Shown piece by piece: positions 20,181 to 29,450 of a DNA stretch of 64,000 bases. The notes beneath the pieces are model-generated. The model ran no database searches, was not told the origin of the DNA, and was given only the letters and a program-made list of their open reading frames with translations. Location: the NCBI GenBank assembly GCA_013816805.1, contig JACDDS010000003.1, positions 72,582 to 136,581 of the forward strand. The letters run 5' to 3'. Each line of letters starts with the position of its first letter. The first letter of the stretch is position 1. The position numbers and the translations under genes are program-made. This DNA is from Chitinophagales bacterium. GTDB taxonomy: Bacteria > Bacteroidota > Bacteroidia > Chitinophagales > UBA10324.

Positions 20181-21089
20181 TTAATTTTCTTTTGTTATCT
20201 CCCTGAAAACATCTTCCAGTGACGATTTTTCCTCTACCAGAGAAGTGATTATTAACTGATTATTTACGGCAAATTGAAATACCTTTTCCTGCAATTCCAT
20301 ATCCCCTGTAAGTTTCCATTTTCCTGAATTCAGGTTTTCTATACCTGATACGCCGGAAATTCCCTTCAGCTGATCTTGGGAAGCATTTTGTTTAAATGAT
20401 ACAATAACAGTTGTTTCATTCCTGGTCTGTAATGACAATTCAGTCAGTTTATTATCTGCCACAATTTTGCCTTGATGAATAATTATAATCCGGTTGCAAA
20501 TCGCCTCCACTTCCTGCATAATATGCGTTGACAGCATTACTGTTTTTTCCTTACCCAATTCTTTAATAAGCTCCCTTACATCCACCAGCTGATTTGGGTC
20601 AAGACCTGAGGTAGGTTCATCCATTATCAGCACTTTAGGATCATGCAGTAACGCCTGTGCTAATCCTACCCGTTGCCGGAAACCCTTTGAGAGAGAATGA
20701 ATTTTTTTATGCTTCTCTTTCGCCAGGCCGGTGAGGTGAACCATTTCCCTTATCCGTTTCTCACGATTATGGTTTAGCCCATTCAATTTGGCGGAGAACT
20801 GTAAATACTCAATAACAAACATGTCAGTATATAACGGGTTATTCTCCGGTAAGTATCCAATGTTTCTGCGCGCCTGAATAGATTGTATTTCCACATCATA
20901 ATCGCAAACAACTGCCTTCCCTGAAGTTGGTGGAATAAATCCTGCAAGAATTTTCATGGTGGTTGACTTACCGGCACCATTAGGGCCAAGAAAACCTAGA
21001 ACGTCGCCAGGCTGTACCTGAAGCGAAATGCTATCAATGGCTTTTTGTTTGCCATATATTTTAGATAAGCCGGAGATAACGATTGACAC
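20181..21089 (-). CDS. gldA: Gliding-motility-associated ABC transporter ATP-binding protein GldA
   Basis: 302 aa. Walker A GPNGAGKST, signature LSKGFRQRV, Walker B VLIMDEPTSGLD. Confidence 0.85.
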   Translation of the reverse strand: MSIVISGLSKIYGKQKAIDSISLQVQPGDVLGFLGPNGAGKSTTMKILAGFIPPTSGKAVVCDYDVEIQSIQARRNIGYLPENNPLYTDMFVIEYLQFSAKLNGLNHNREKRIREMVHLTGLAKEKHKKIHSLSKGFRQRVGLAQALLHDPKVLIMDEPTSGLDPNQLVDVRELIKELGKEKTVMLSTHIMQEVEAICNRIIIIHQGKIVADNKLTELSLQTRNETTVIVSFKQNASQDQLKGISGVSGIENLNSGKWKLTGDMELQEKVFQFAVNNQLIITSLVEEKSSLEDVFREITKEN

Positions 21090-21238
21090 CTTTATTATTT
21101 AAAAGTATAGTTCAGTCAGAAGGAGGAAAATAAAGGATGCTATAAAGATTAAAGGTGAGTTAATTGCGAAAATATATATTTGATTGTTAAAGCACATTAT
21201 AGACCACTGATAATTGAGCTCATACAGTAACCTTAGTA

Positions 21239-22285
21239 TTATTTAACCGAAACTATTTTTACGTCAGTTTTTTCTTTCATTACTCCTATTGGCTCTGCAA
21301 ATGCTTCCATGCCGTTTTCTTTTAAAATCTTTATAAAAGAGTTGCATGCTTTTTCATTAATTGCAACTAAAAGTCCTCCATTAGTTTGGGGATCACAAAG
21401 TGTAACTAACCGTTCACCATCAATTCCTTCCGCCGAAGCTTCATAATTATTCCAGTTACGAAAGGTGTTATCCGGAGCTACAAATTTTTTTGCCAGTTCT
21501 TTCACCCCCTCGATCAATTTAATTTTTTCATAGTTGATCTCAGCAGATAAACCGCTTCCTATGCATATTTCATTAAGATGACCCAGCAATCCAAAGCCGG
21601 TAACATCGGTCATTGCATTTACTTCTGAAATAGTTCCTAACTGTTCCCCGATGTTATTCAATGCGCACATCAGCTCTATTGCGGGCTGAAAGCTTTCGGC
21701 AGAGATTAAGTTTCTTTTTAAAGCAGTAGAAAGAATTCCTGTTCCTAAGGGTTTTGTAAGAAAAAGAAGATCACCTGTCTGTGCTGTATTATTCCTCTTT
21801 ATATTTTTTTTCTCAACAAGACCTGTTACTGAATATCCAAAAAATGGCTCCGGATTTTCGATCGTGTGACCGCCTGCAATAGGGACCTTCGCTTGCGCGC
21901 AAATGTAAGTTCCACCTGCCAGAACCTCTTTTGCTACATTTAAAGGAAGTTTTTCAATGGGCCATCCTAATAATGCAAGTGCCAAAATAGGTTTTCCACC
22001 CATCGCATATACGTCACTCAATGCATTGGCTGCGGCAACACGGCCAAAATCGTAGGCGGCGTCTACAATAGGCATAAAAAAATCTGCGGTGCTTACCAGG
22101 CATTGGTTATTTTCCAATTCGTAAATAGCAGCATCATCCGAGGTTTCATTGCCCACCAATAAGTTGGGAAATAAATTATGTCCCCCGGCACTTTCCAGCA
22201 TTTGGCTAAGGATTGCAGGAGCTATTTTGCTGCCACAGCCGGCTGCATGACTATATTGTGTAAGCTTAACAATAGTTTCCTGCAT
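21239..22285 (-). CDS. selD: Selenide, water dikinase (selenophosphate synthetase), Cys form
   Basis: 348 aa. N-terminus LTQYSHAAGCGSKIAP aligns with E. coli LTQYSHGAGCGCKISP, so the catalytic Cys and Lys are retained and no in-frame UGA is present. AIR-synthase-like fold motifs present. Confidence 0.92.
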   Translation of the reverse strand: MQETIVKLTQYSHAAGCGSKIAPAILSQMLESAGGHNLFPNLLVGNETSDDAAIYELENNQCLVSTADFFMPIVDAAYDFGRVAAANALSDVYAMGGKPILALALLGWPIEKLPLNVAKEVLAGGTYICAQAKVPIAGGHTIENPEPFFGYSVTGLVEKKNIKRNNTAQTGDLLFLTKPLGTGILSTALKRNLISAESFQPAIELMCALNNIGEQLGTISEVNAMTDVTGFGLLGHLNEICIGSGLSAEINYEKIKLIEGVKELAKKFVAPDNTFRNWNNYEASAEGIDGERLVTLCDPQTNGGLLVAINEKACNSFIKILKENGMEAFAEPIGVMKEKTDVKIVSVK

Positions 22286-22341
22286 AGAGAAATAGAATCG
22301 GGTTCGTTTTAATTTTTAAAAAGCAGCATCCATATTAAAAT

Positions 22342-23430
22342 CTAAATCTGGTGTAAAAATTTTAACTTCATATAATTCAATATGAGGTCTGCATTTTCAG
22401 CAGCATTTGTCGATTTGGAGAAAATTCTAAAAACTTTTCCGGGATCTCTTTGTGAAGTCGCTTTATCGTACATTTTATCGTAATAGCTTAGCAAAACAAA
22501 AAATGCATTTTCCAGCTTTCCCTCTTCAAAAAACTGAAGTACAGATTTCGTATTTAAGCCACCTAATTTTTTTTGAATGCGAATCGTTGACGCTTTCAGC
22601 AATTGAACATCGAACTGACCGTAAACTTCAACTATATTTTTTAGTCGCTCTTCAAATGGAACATCTAAATATATAACATCAGCATTTCTCATTTGTGTCC
22701 ACAAAGGATTGGGAATATTTATAAATCCTATTCGTTGACTTTCATCCTCAATCCATATAGGCTTTAAAGGATTGAGTTTTTGCAATTGGAAGCATAATTG
22801 ATTTTCAAACTGCTCCTGTGTAGGTGATGCAGGTTCTCCAAGATCTCCAAAGGCGGAGCCTTTGTGGTTGGCCATCGCTTCAAGGTCAAGAGTTTGTTGT
22901 CCTGCTCTTTTCAATACTTGCAGAACCTTTGTTTTTGCAGAACCGGTTTTTCCACCTACTACCAAAAACGACTTTGGAACGGAATAGGAGTTCAACACAT
23001 AATTGCGGAACGATTTGTAACCATTATTAAGGGTGCAAACTTTGTAGCCGAAGAGATCCAGCATCCAGCTTACTACACCGCTTCGCATACCTCCGCGCCA
23101 GCAATACGCATATAAATTTTTTCCAGTTGTAAGCTCTGTGAGGTCAGCGATGATTTGCTGCATGTTTTTGCCGAAATAATTTAGGCCTTCCAGCATAGCT
23201 TTTTCGCGGCTCATGTTTTTGTAGATGGTACCCACCCGTTTTCTTTCCTCATCAGAAAATAATGGAATATTGACTGCACCCGGAATATGGCCATGAGCAT
23301 ATTCTGATGGAGAACGAACATCAGTAATCAGGTGATTTTCTGATTGAATTAAAAAATTTTCAATGGTGAGTTTATTAACCAGGCGATAATATTGAACGGC
23401 TATTGATATTATTTTATATCTGTAAAGCAA
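22342..23430 (-). CDS. selU: tRNA 2-selenouridine synthase
   Basis: 362 aa. Rhodanese domain with DVRSP.EY..GHIPGA.N.PL and active-site CWRGGMRS. P-loop GGKTGSAKT. No in-frame ATG lies near the N-terminus, so the TTG at 23430 is the assumed start. Confidence 0.88.
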   Translation of the reverse strand: MLYRYKIISIAVQYYRLVNKLTIENFLIQSENHLITDVRSPSEYAHGHIPGAVNIPLFSDEERKRVGTIYKNMSREKAMLEGLNYFGKNMQQIIADLTELTTGKNLYAYCWRGGMRSGVVSWMLDLFGYKVCTLNNGYKSFRNYVLNSYSVPKSFLVVGGKTGSAKTKVLQVLKRAGQQTLDLEAMANHKGSAFGDLGEPASPTQEQFENQLCFQLQKLNPLKPIWIEDESQRIGFINIPNPLWTQMRNADVIYLDVPFEERLKNIVEVYGQFDVQLLKASTIRIQKKLGGLNTKSVLQFFEEGKLENAFFVLLSYYDKMYDKATSQRDPGKVFRIFSKSTNAAENADLILNYMKLKFLHQI

Positions 23431-23449
23431 CCATCTTTATAATATGTTA

Positions 23450-24112
23450 TTAATGTTGAAGATGATAATGCTCTGCAACCTGCGAAGACATATTTTTAAT
23501 CCGGGTAGGAAAATATTCTTCTGCAGAAATAAATCCTGTATAAATATTAAGCTTTGTCTCAATCTCTTCTATAATGCTTACCTGATTTTCCCTGAATGCC
23601 GTAGCGGCGATGATAGCACAGGCCCGTGCATCAGATGCGGCACTGTGGTGGTTAAGCTCGATGCCTAAAATTTTAGAAAGTGATTTTAATCCGTAACGCT
23701 GATAATCCTTCCATACCTTTTTTGCAACATTGATGCTACATGTGAAATGAATAGGGTTAAAGGGAATATTGTAGTGAAGCAATAAATTCCTGAGTACCGA
23801 TAAATCGAATCCTGCATTATGTGCTATGATCAGCCTTCCGCAAAAACAATCAGAAATCTTTTCCCAGATATCTTTGAAATCAGGTGCTTCCTTCACATGA
23901 TCCGCTCCAATTCCATGCAACCGGGTATTAAAGGGACTAAAACGCAAATCGGGTGGACGAATCAAAAAAGACTGTGTTTCGGTTACAATATAGTTGCTTA
24001 CCAAAGCTATACCTATTTCACATGCACTTATTGAAAGTTCATTAGCAGTTTCAAAATCAATAGCGACAAAGTCCAACGTTGTAATTTTATAAAGAGTAGT
24101 AAATTCTTCCAC
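23450..24112 (-). CDS. DEDDh 3'-5' exonuclease (DnaQ/epsilon-like domain protein)
   Basis: 220 aa. Exo I FVAIDFETAN, Exo II IAHNAGFDLSVL, Exo III HSAASDARA. Confidence 0.85.
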   Translation of the reverse strand: MEEFTTLYKITTLDFVAIDFETANELSISACEIGIALVSNYIVTETQSFLIRPPDLRFSPFNTRLHGIGADHVKEAPDFKDIWEKISDCFCGRLIIAHNAGFDLSVLRNLLLHYNIPFNPIHFTCSINVAKKVWKDYQRYGLKSLSKILGIELNHHSAASDARACAIIAATAFRENQVSIIEEIETKLNIYTGFISAEEYFPTRIKNMSSQVAEHYHLQH

Positions 24113-24246
24113 TGCGGAGGGAGTACTTTAATTTACGACTACCCCTGAAAGAAAAATAACTTGCTTTAGTTAGTTTAATGGCTAAGTTCGAAAAAATTAA
24201 TTAAGATTAACGGTATTCTGCTGAAACCATGTTTTAATTTCCCCTG

Positions 24247-26328
24247 TTAGCCGATTTTACTTCCATCCGTAATCTTAAAGGAGGGCATTACAAAACACAG
24301 TTGTCCAGTTTTATCTTCGGCCATTAAAATCATTCCATTCGATTCAATCCCCCGTATTCTCCGGGGTGCAAGGTTTGTTAACACACATACTTGCTGTCCC
24401 ACTATTTCTTCCGGCTTATAAAACTCCGCAATGCCAGACACTATAGTTCGAATTTCTTCGCCTAAATTAATTTTAAGCTGCAGCAGCTTATCGGCTTTTG
24501 CAACCTTTTCTGCCTTTTCAATAGTTCCTACCTTTAACTCTAAATTTGAAAAATCGTCATAAGAAATCTCTTTTTTTACAGGTATGGTTTCTCCCTTGAG
24601 ACTTTTTACTTCACTATCCGTTTTTACATTGGATTTATTATGAAGTTTTAATATCTGCTTTGATATATCCTCATCTTCAATTTTTTTAAAGAGAAGTTTG
24701 CCATCTCCTAACTTGGTCACTGTATTTATTGGAGACTTTTCAAGTTCATCCAGTCTCAGGGGATTCAAATTAAGAATAGAAAATATTTTTTTAGATGTAA
24801 ATGGCAGGAAGGGCTGAGAAAGCGTGGCTAAATAGGTAGTTAACTGAAGTGCCAGATTAAGAATTGTAGACACCCTTCGGTTGTTAGACTGCTCTTCATC
24901 ATTTTCGGTAAATAATTTCCACGGCTCATTTTCTGCCAGATATTTATTGCCTAAACGGGCTAAGTTCATCAACTCTCCAAGCGCTTCACGGAACTGATAA
25001 TTCTCTATATGTGATCCTATTTTTTCGGGGAAGGATTTTAATTGAATTAAAAATTTGTTATCTGCTTCAGTAAGTTCATATTGTTTTGGTACTTCGGTAG
25101 GGAAATATTTGACTGATAGAAACCATATGCGGTTCACAAAATTGCCGAGGATAGCGACCAGCTCGCTATTAATTCTTGTTTGGTAATCTTTCCACGAAAA
25201 ATCGCTGTCTGACGTTTCTGGTAAAATTGAGGTAAGCACATAACGCAATTCATCCTGCTTGTCCGGAAAATCTTCAAGATATTCGTGGAGCCACACTGCC
25301 CAGTTACGGGATGTTGAAAGTTTCTGACCCTCCAGGTTTAAAAATTCATTTGCAGGCACGTTTTCAGGAATGATATAAGTCCCTTCTGCATGAAGGATGG
25401 CGGGAAAAATGATACAATGAAAAACGATATTGTCTTTGCCTATAAAATGAATAAGCTTTGTATCTGTATTTTTCCAATATGGTACCCAGTCTTTTCCCGA
25501 CTTCTCCGACCATTCTTTTGCAGCGGAGATGTAACCAATAGGTGCATCGAACCAGACGTATAAAACTTTCCCTTCTGTGTTTGGCAAAGGCACCTTTACA
25601 CCCCATTCAAGATCGCGAGTCATAGCCCTGGGCTGCAAACCACCATCGAGCCAGGATTTGCATTGACCGTATACATTTGTTTTCCAATCCTCCTTATGAT
25701 TTTCCAATATAAAATTGCGCAACCATGGCTCATAATTTTGGAGCGGCAAATACCAATGCGTTGTTTCCTTCATAATAGGCGGCTTACCGCTGAGCACGGA
25801 AACGGGATCTTTTAAATCCTTTAGTGATAAGCTGGTACCGCACCGCTCACATTGATCACCATACGCTTTTTCATAACCGCAATTCGGACAAGTTCCCTGG
25901 ATATAGCGATCTGCTAAAAACATCTTTTCTTCTTCATCATAATATTGAAGAGAGGTTTCTTCAGTAAAAACATCTTTATTAAAAAGATTTAAAAAAAATT
26001 CCTGCGCAGTCTTGTGATGTATTGAGTTGGATGTACGTGAATAAATGTCGAATGAAATATCGAATTTTTCAAAGCTTTCCTTCATCAGGCTGTGATATTT
26101 ATCAACAAACTCCTGGGGAGATATTCCTTCTTTCCTTGCCCCGAGCGTAATTGGGACGCCGTGTTCATCACTTCCACAAATAAAAAGTACATCATCACCT
26201 TTCAGCCTTCTGTATCTCACGTAAATATCTGCAGGTAAATATGCCCCTGCCAGATGCCCCAAATGAATGCCCCCGTTAGCATAAGGTAGCGCTGCCGTTA
26301 CTGTATATCGTTTTGGTATTGAGTTCAT
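24247..26328 (-). CDS. metG: Methionine--tRNA ligase with C-terminal tRNA-binding (Trbp111/EMAPII-like) domain
   Basis: 693 aa. HIGH-type GGIHLGHLAG, zinc knuckle CPNCGYEKAYGDQCERCG, KMSKS-type KLSTSR, and C-terminal LELKVGTIEKAEKV.KADKLLQLKINLG. Confidence 0.97.
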   Translation of the reverse strand: MNSIPKRYTVTAALPYANGGIHLGHLAGAYLPADIYVRYRRLKGDDVLFICGSDEHGVPITLGARKEGISPQEFVDKYHSLMKESFEKFDISFDIYSRTSNSIHHKTAQEFFLNLFNKDVFTEETSLQYYDEEEKMFLADRYIQGTCPNCGYEKAYGDQCERCGTSLSLKDLKDPVSVLSGKPPIMKETTHWYLPLQNYEPWLRNFILENHKEDWKTNVYGQCKSWLDGGLQPRAMTRDLEWGVKVPLPNTEGKVLYVWFDAPIGYISAAKEWSEKSGKDWVPYWKNTDTKLIHFIGKDNIVFHCIIFPAILHAEGTYIIPENVPANEFLNLEGQKLSTSRNWAVWLHEYLEDFPDKQDELRYVLTSILPETSDSDFSWKDYQTRINSELVAILGNFVNRIWFLSVKYFPTEVPKQYELTEADNKFLIQLKSFPEKIGSHIENYQFREALGELMNLARLGNKYLAENEPWKLFTENDEEQSNNRRVSTILNLALQLTTYLATLSQPFLPFTSKKIFSILNLNPLRLDELEKSPINTVTKLGDGKLLFKKIEDEDISKQILKLHNKSNVKTDSEVKSLKGETIPVKKEISYDDFSNLELKVGTIEKAEKVAKADKLLQLKINLGEEIRTIVSGIAEFYKPEEIVGQQVCVLTNLAPRRIRGIESNGMILMAEDKTGQLCFVMPSFKITDGSKIG

Positions 26329-26495
26329 AACACGCGAAAATTATAATAATTAATGAGTTGGTGAAGATGCTTAATTTTGATTGAATGACAGAACAGATCT
26401 GTCTGTGTAGTCTAACGGTAAGAATGAGGTGTTAAATTGAAATAATACAATCATATCTTGATATTAATGTGTTTGTGAAATTTTTTTGATATAAT

Positions 26496-27398
26496 ATGGA
26501 ATATCCGCCATCTCTCCGGGCTCATGACAAAGTAGCGATTGTTGCAACAGCAAGAAAAATTTCCACAGAAGAGATTCAGCCTGCGATTGAGATGATGGAA
26601 GGTTGGGGCTTAGAAGTGATTGTGGGAAAATCGGTGAATGCTGAATATTTTCAATTTGCGGGAGATGATGAATTACGAATAAATGATTTTCAGGAAATGC
26701 TGGATGATGAAACTATAAAAGCGATCCTTTTTGCCCGTGGTGGATACGGGACTGTGAGACTTATTGATGAAATTGATTGGAGGAATTTTTTAAAACACCC
26801 GAAATGGCTCTGCGGATTTAGTGATATTACAGTCATTCATTCTCATCTTTCAGCCCTGTATAATTTTGCTTCTATTCATTCATTAATGGCATTAAACTTT
26901 GAAACCGCGTCAGAAGGATCGATTGAATCACTTAAAGAAGTATTATTTGGAGAGAAAATTCATTACACCATTGAGGGAAATGATTTAAATCGCCGCGGAG
27001 AAGCAAATGGCATATTGTGCGGTGGGAACCTCTCTGTTCTTTATTCATTAAATGGCACAGCTTCGGATATTTCCACTGAAGGAAAAATCCTTTTTATTGA
27101 AGATATTGACGAGCATCTTTATCACGTAGACAGGATGATGGTAAACTTAAAACGTTCCGGCAAACTGGAACATCTTTCAGCCTTAATAGCGGGTACTTTT
27201 ACAGGGATGAAAAATAAAGACGAAAATAACCGTTTTGGAAAATCGGCATATGAGATTATTGCTGAGCATACAGAAGAATTCGATTATCCGGTTTGCTTCG
27301 GATTTCCTGCAGGTCATGAGGCTGATAACCGGACCTTAGTAATGGGTGCCGGGTGGGAATTAAAAATAAGCGAGAGCGTGAAGTTGATACAAGTTTGA
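26496..27398 (+). CDS. LD-carboxypeptidase (peptidase S66, muramoyl-tetrapeptide carboxypeptidase-like)
   Basis: 300 aa. ARGGYG, nucleophile motif GFSDIT, and C-terminal FGFPAGHE. Confidence 0.85.
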   Translation: MEYPPSLRAHDKVAIVATARKISTEEIQPAIEMMEGWGLEVIVGKSVNAEYFQFAGDDELRINDFQEMLDDETIKAILFARGGYGTVRLIDEIDWRNFLKHPKWLCGFSDITVIHSHLSALYNFASIHSLMALNFETASEGSIESLKEVLFGEKIHYTIEGNDLNRRGEANGILCGGNLSVLYSLNGTASDISTEGKILFIEDIDEHLYHVDRMMVNLKRSGKLEHLSALIAGTFTGMKNKDENNRFGKSAYEIIAEHTEEFDYPVCFGFPAGHEADNRTLVMGAGWELKISESVKLIQV

Positions 27399-27425
27399 TT
27401 TCAGATATATAGATCTTTCATGCAA

Positions 27426-27992
27426 TCATTTACTTTTTTCATAGCTTGCTTTTAGAACCCTGATGATATGATCGGTAACTTCACTTTCATCATATAACAC
27501 TATTTTATGCGTGATCTTCTCACTTCCTAAATTTTTAACAGGCATAAACTCTTTGCTTCTAGCGGTCTTTACTGCTGCGTGCGGAACGCCTATTACCAGG
27601 CCATTTTTTGTCGTTTTTAAAATGGCAAACTGATACTGATGAAATAATGATAAATAGGTTTTATTTGTGGTTACAGTATATGGACCCCACTTTTTTACTT
27701 CTGTAATAATTTTATCAAAAACTGCTTTTTGAAAATCCTTTTCACCTTCAAAATGTTTCCTTAACTCATCATTGTCAGAATATTCAGAAGAACCATTACA
27801 TATTAATGCAGATATCTGTTTCGCCTGCTCACTACCTAATGCATGTTTTATTTTCAACCATTCTATTTGACCTTTACGATCTTTAAGACCAGATTTTTTT
27901 AAAATATCTGTCCATTGCTGGAAATTTTTTCCGGTTTTTTTTTCAAGTGTGTTCAGAATATTCTGCGATCTTTTAATCGGTGTTTTTGCCAT
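27426..27992 (-). CDS. DUF4287/DUF5655-like protein
   Basis: 188 aa. The N-terminal pattern L..LEKKTGKNFQQW..ILKKSG...K..QIEWLK..H.LG resembles DUF4287. Assignment is from memory of the family pattern only. Confidence 0.5.
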   Translation of the reverse strand: MAKTPIKRSQNILNTLEKKTGKNFQQWTDILKKSGLKDRKGQIEWLKIKHALGSEQAKQISALICNGSSEYSDNDELRKHFEGEKDFQKAVFDKIITEVKKWGPYTVTTNKTYLSLFHQYQFAILKTTKNGLVIGVPHAAVKTARSKEFMPVKNLGSEKITHKIVLYDESEVTDHIIRVLKASYEKSK

Positions 27993-28194
27993 AATAATTG
28001 ATGCAAATAGAAGAAAGGATAAGTTAGTTGTAAAAATTGGAAGTAAAAAGAGAATTATTTTATGGAATCACCATTTAAGATTCAAGTATCCGTAGGTTTA
28101 TTACTGTTACCAAAACCCAAAATTCAAGACTGGCTCGGAAGTTCATGAACAGCAAATTGTAATATAAATATTTATATAATAATAAAATTAGGGA

Positions 28195-29300
28195 ATGAGA
28201 TATATTTTAATAATATCATTTAATTTTCTTTTCTTCTATACGTACTCACAGGCACAGGAAGGAGTATATAAAAAATACCGCTGTACCGTTAAAAAACTTC
28301 CTGTAATAATGGATTTAGTTCTGATTGATTCAACTGTGTCTGGGTTTTATAATGATGGTAAAAGTGACCAGCTTATTATGTTGGAGGGGACCCTGCATGC
28401 CGGTCAGCTAATTTTAAAAGAAGTTTCTAAATCAGGACCAGCGGGAATTCTCTTCCTTTGACGGGGTATGGCAAGATTCGTCAGGCAAAAATTCTTATAC
28501 TTTCAAATTTGCTTCCTTCCTGCCCGCCGGTTCAGTTCCTTTGAACTTGGTAAAGAGATTTCTATTATGAATGGAAAAAAAATACTAAGCAGCAGTTATT
28601 GGGTTGTAAAGCAACTTATATCTCCTGCTATGTTTCCGACGGACTGGATAAAATAGTGCAGAAAAATATAAATGCAGTGCTTATCGATGTGGATATAAGT
28701 GGGAATGAAGCCAACAATTTGCTTACAAATCTTGCCCTGGATGCCATGAGTGATGAATTCGATAATTATACTGACGACTATACGGAATCTTTCACTGATT
28801 CTATTTCGCCGGAGCAACAAAAATTTATGGATGAAAGTCCTCAAATGTATAACTGGAGTACATTAACTCAGACTCAAGTACTTTTTAATGAAAATTATAT
28901 TCTTTCCCTGAGGAAATTGAATTATGAATATACCGGAGGTGCGCACGGCAACTCATCATTCGTAAATCTGGTATTTAATCTTCATACAGGGTATCCGCTA
29001 AAGCTGGACGATATATTGAAACCTTCTGAAATTAATCAAATAAGTCAACTTGAGAATGGCCAGCTTCGTAAAGATTATAATATTCAGGCAGGTCATGCGC
29101 TGACTGATGCTGGGTTTTTGATTGATAAAGTAGAAAGCAACAATAATTTTTTTATCACTAAAAGCGGACTCGGGTTCACCTACAATCCATATGAAATAGC
29201 GCCTTATGTTTTTGGATCTGTTAATGTGATTATCCCCTGGAACCAACTACAACCACTTATAAACCCTAATGGGCCATTAGCATGGGCGATTAAAAAATAA
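28195..29300 (+). pseudogene. Disrupted gene for a secreted DUF3298/RsiV-like (DUF4163-type) protein
   Basis: A signal-peptide N-terminus (28195-28461, frame 1) ends at a TGA. The protein-like reading continues in frame 2 (EFSSFDGVWQDSSGKNSYTFKFASFLPAGSVPLNLVK, stop at 28568-28570). It then runs in frame 3 from about 28590 (ATYISCYVSDGLDKIVQKNINAVL...NYEYTGGAHGNSSF...). At least two and probably three frame changes are needed. An A8 run lies at 28575-28582. Confidence 0.6.
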
Positions 29301-29450
29301 CCTCATTTGCAAGCTTTAAATTTATAAAAAAGAAGCTTTTGCATTTACGGTAGATGCAAACATGAAATGGAGGATTAGCAGCAATGAAGCTAATTCCAGG
29401 ATTATTTTAAACCATTAAAAAAAGATGTACGAGACCGTATGCAGCATAAC

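Noticed and set aside
21239-22285. Possible selenocysteine (UGA) recoding in selD.
   Set aside because: The ORF is uninterrupted. The position equivalent to the Sec/Cys residue is a Cys codon within GCGSK.
26387-26406. Palindrome gacagaACAGATCTGTctgt in the divergent metG / LD-carboxypeptidase spacer.
   Set aside because: It is a single short palindrome with no second copy and no known operator consensus. It cannot be distinguished from chance or a minor hairpin.
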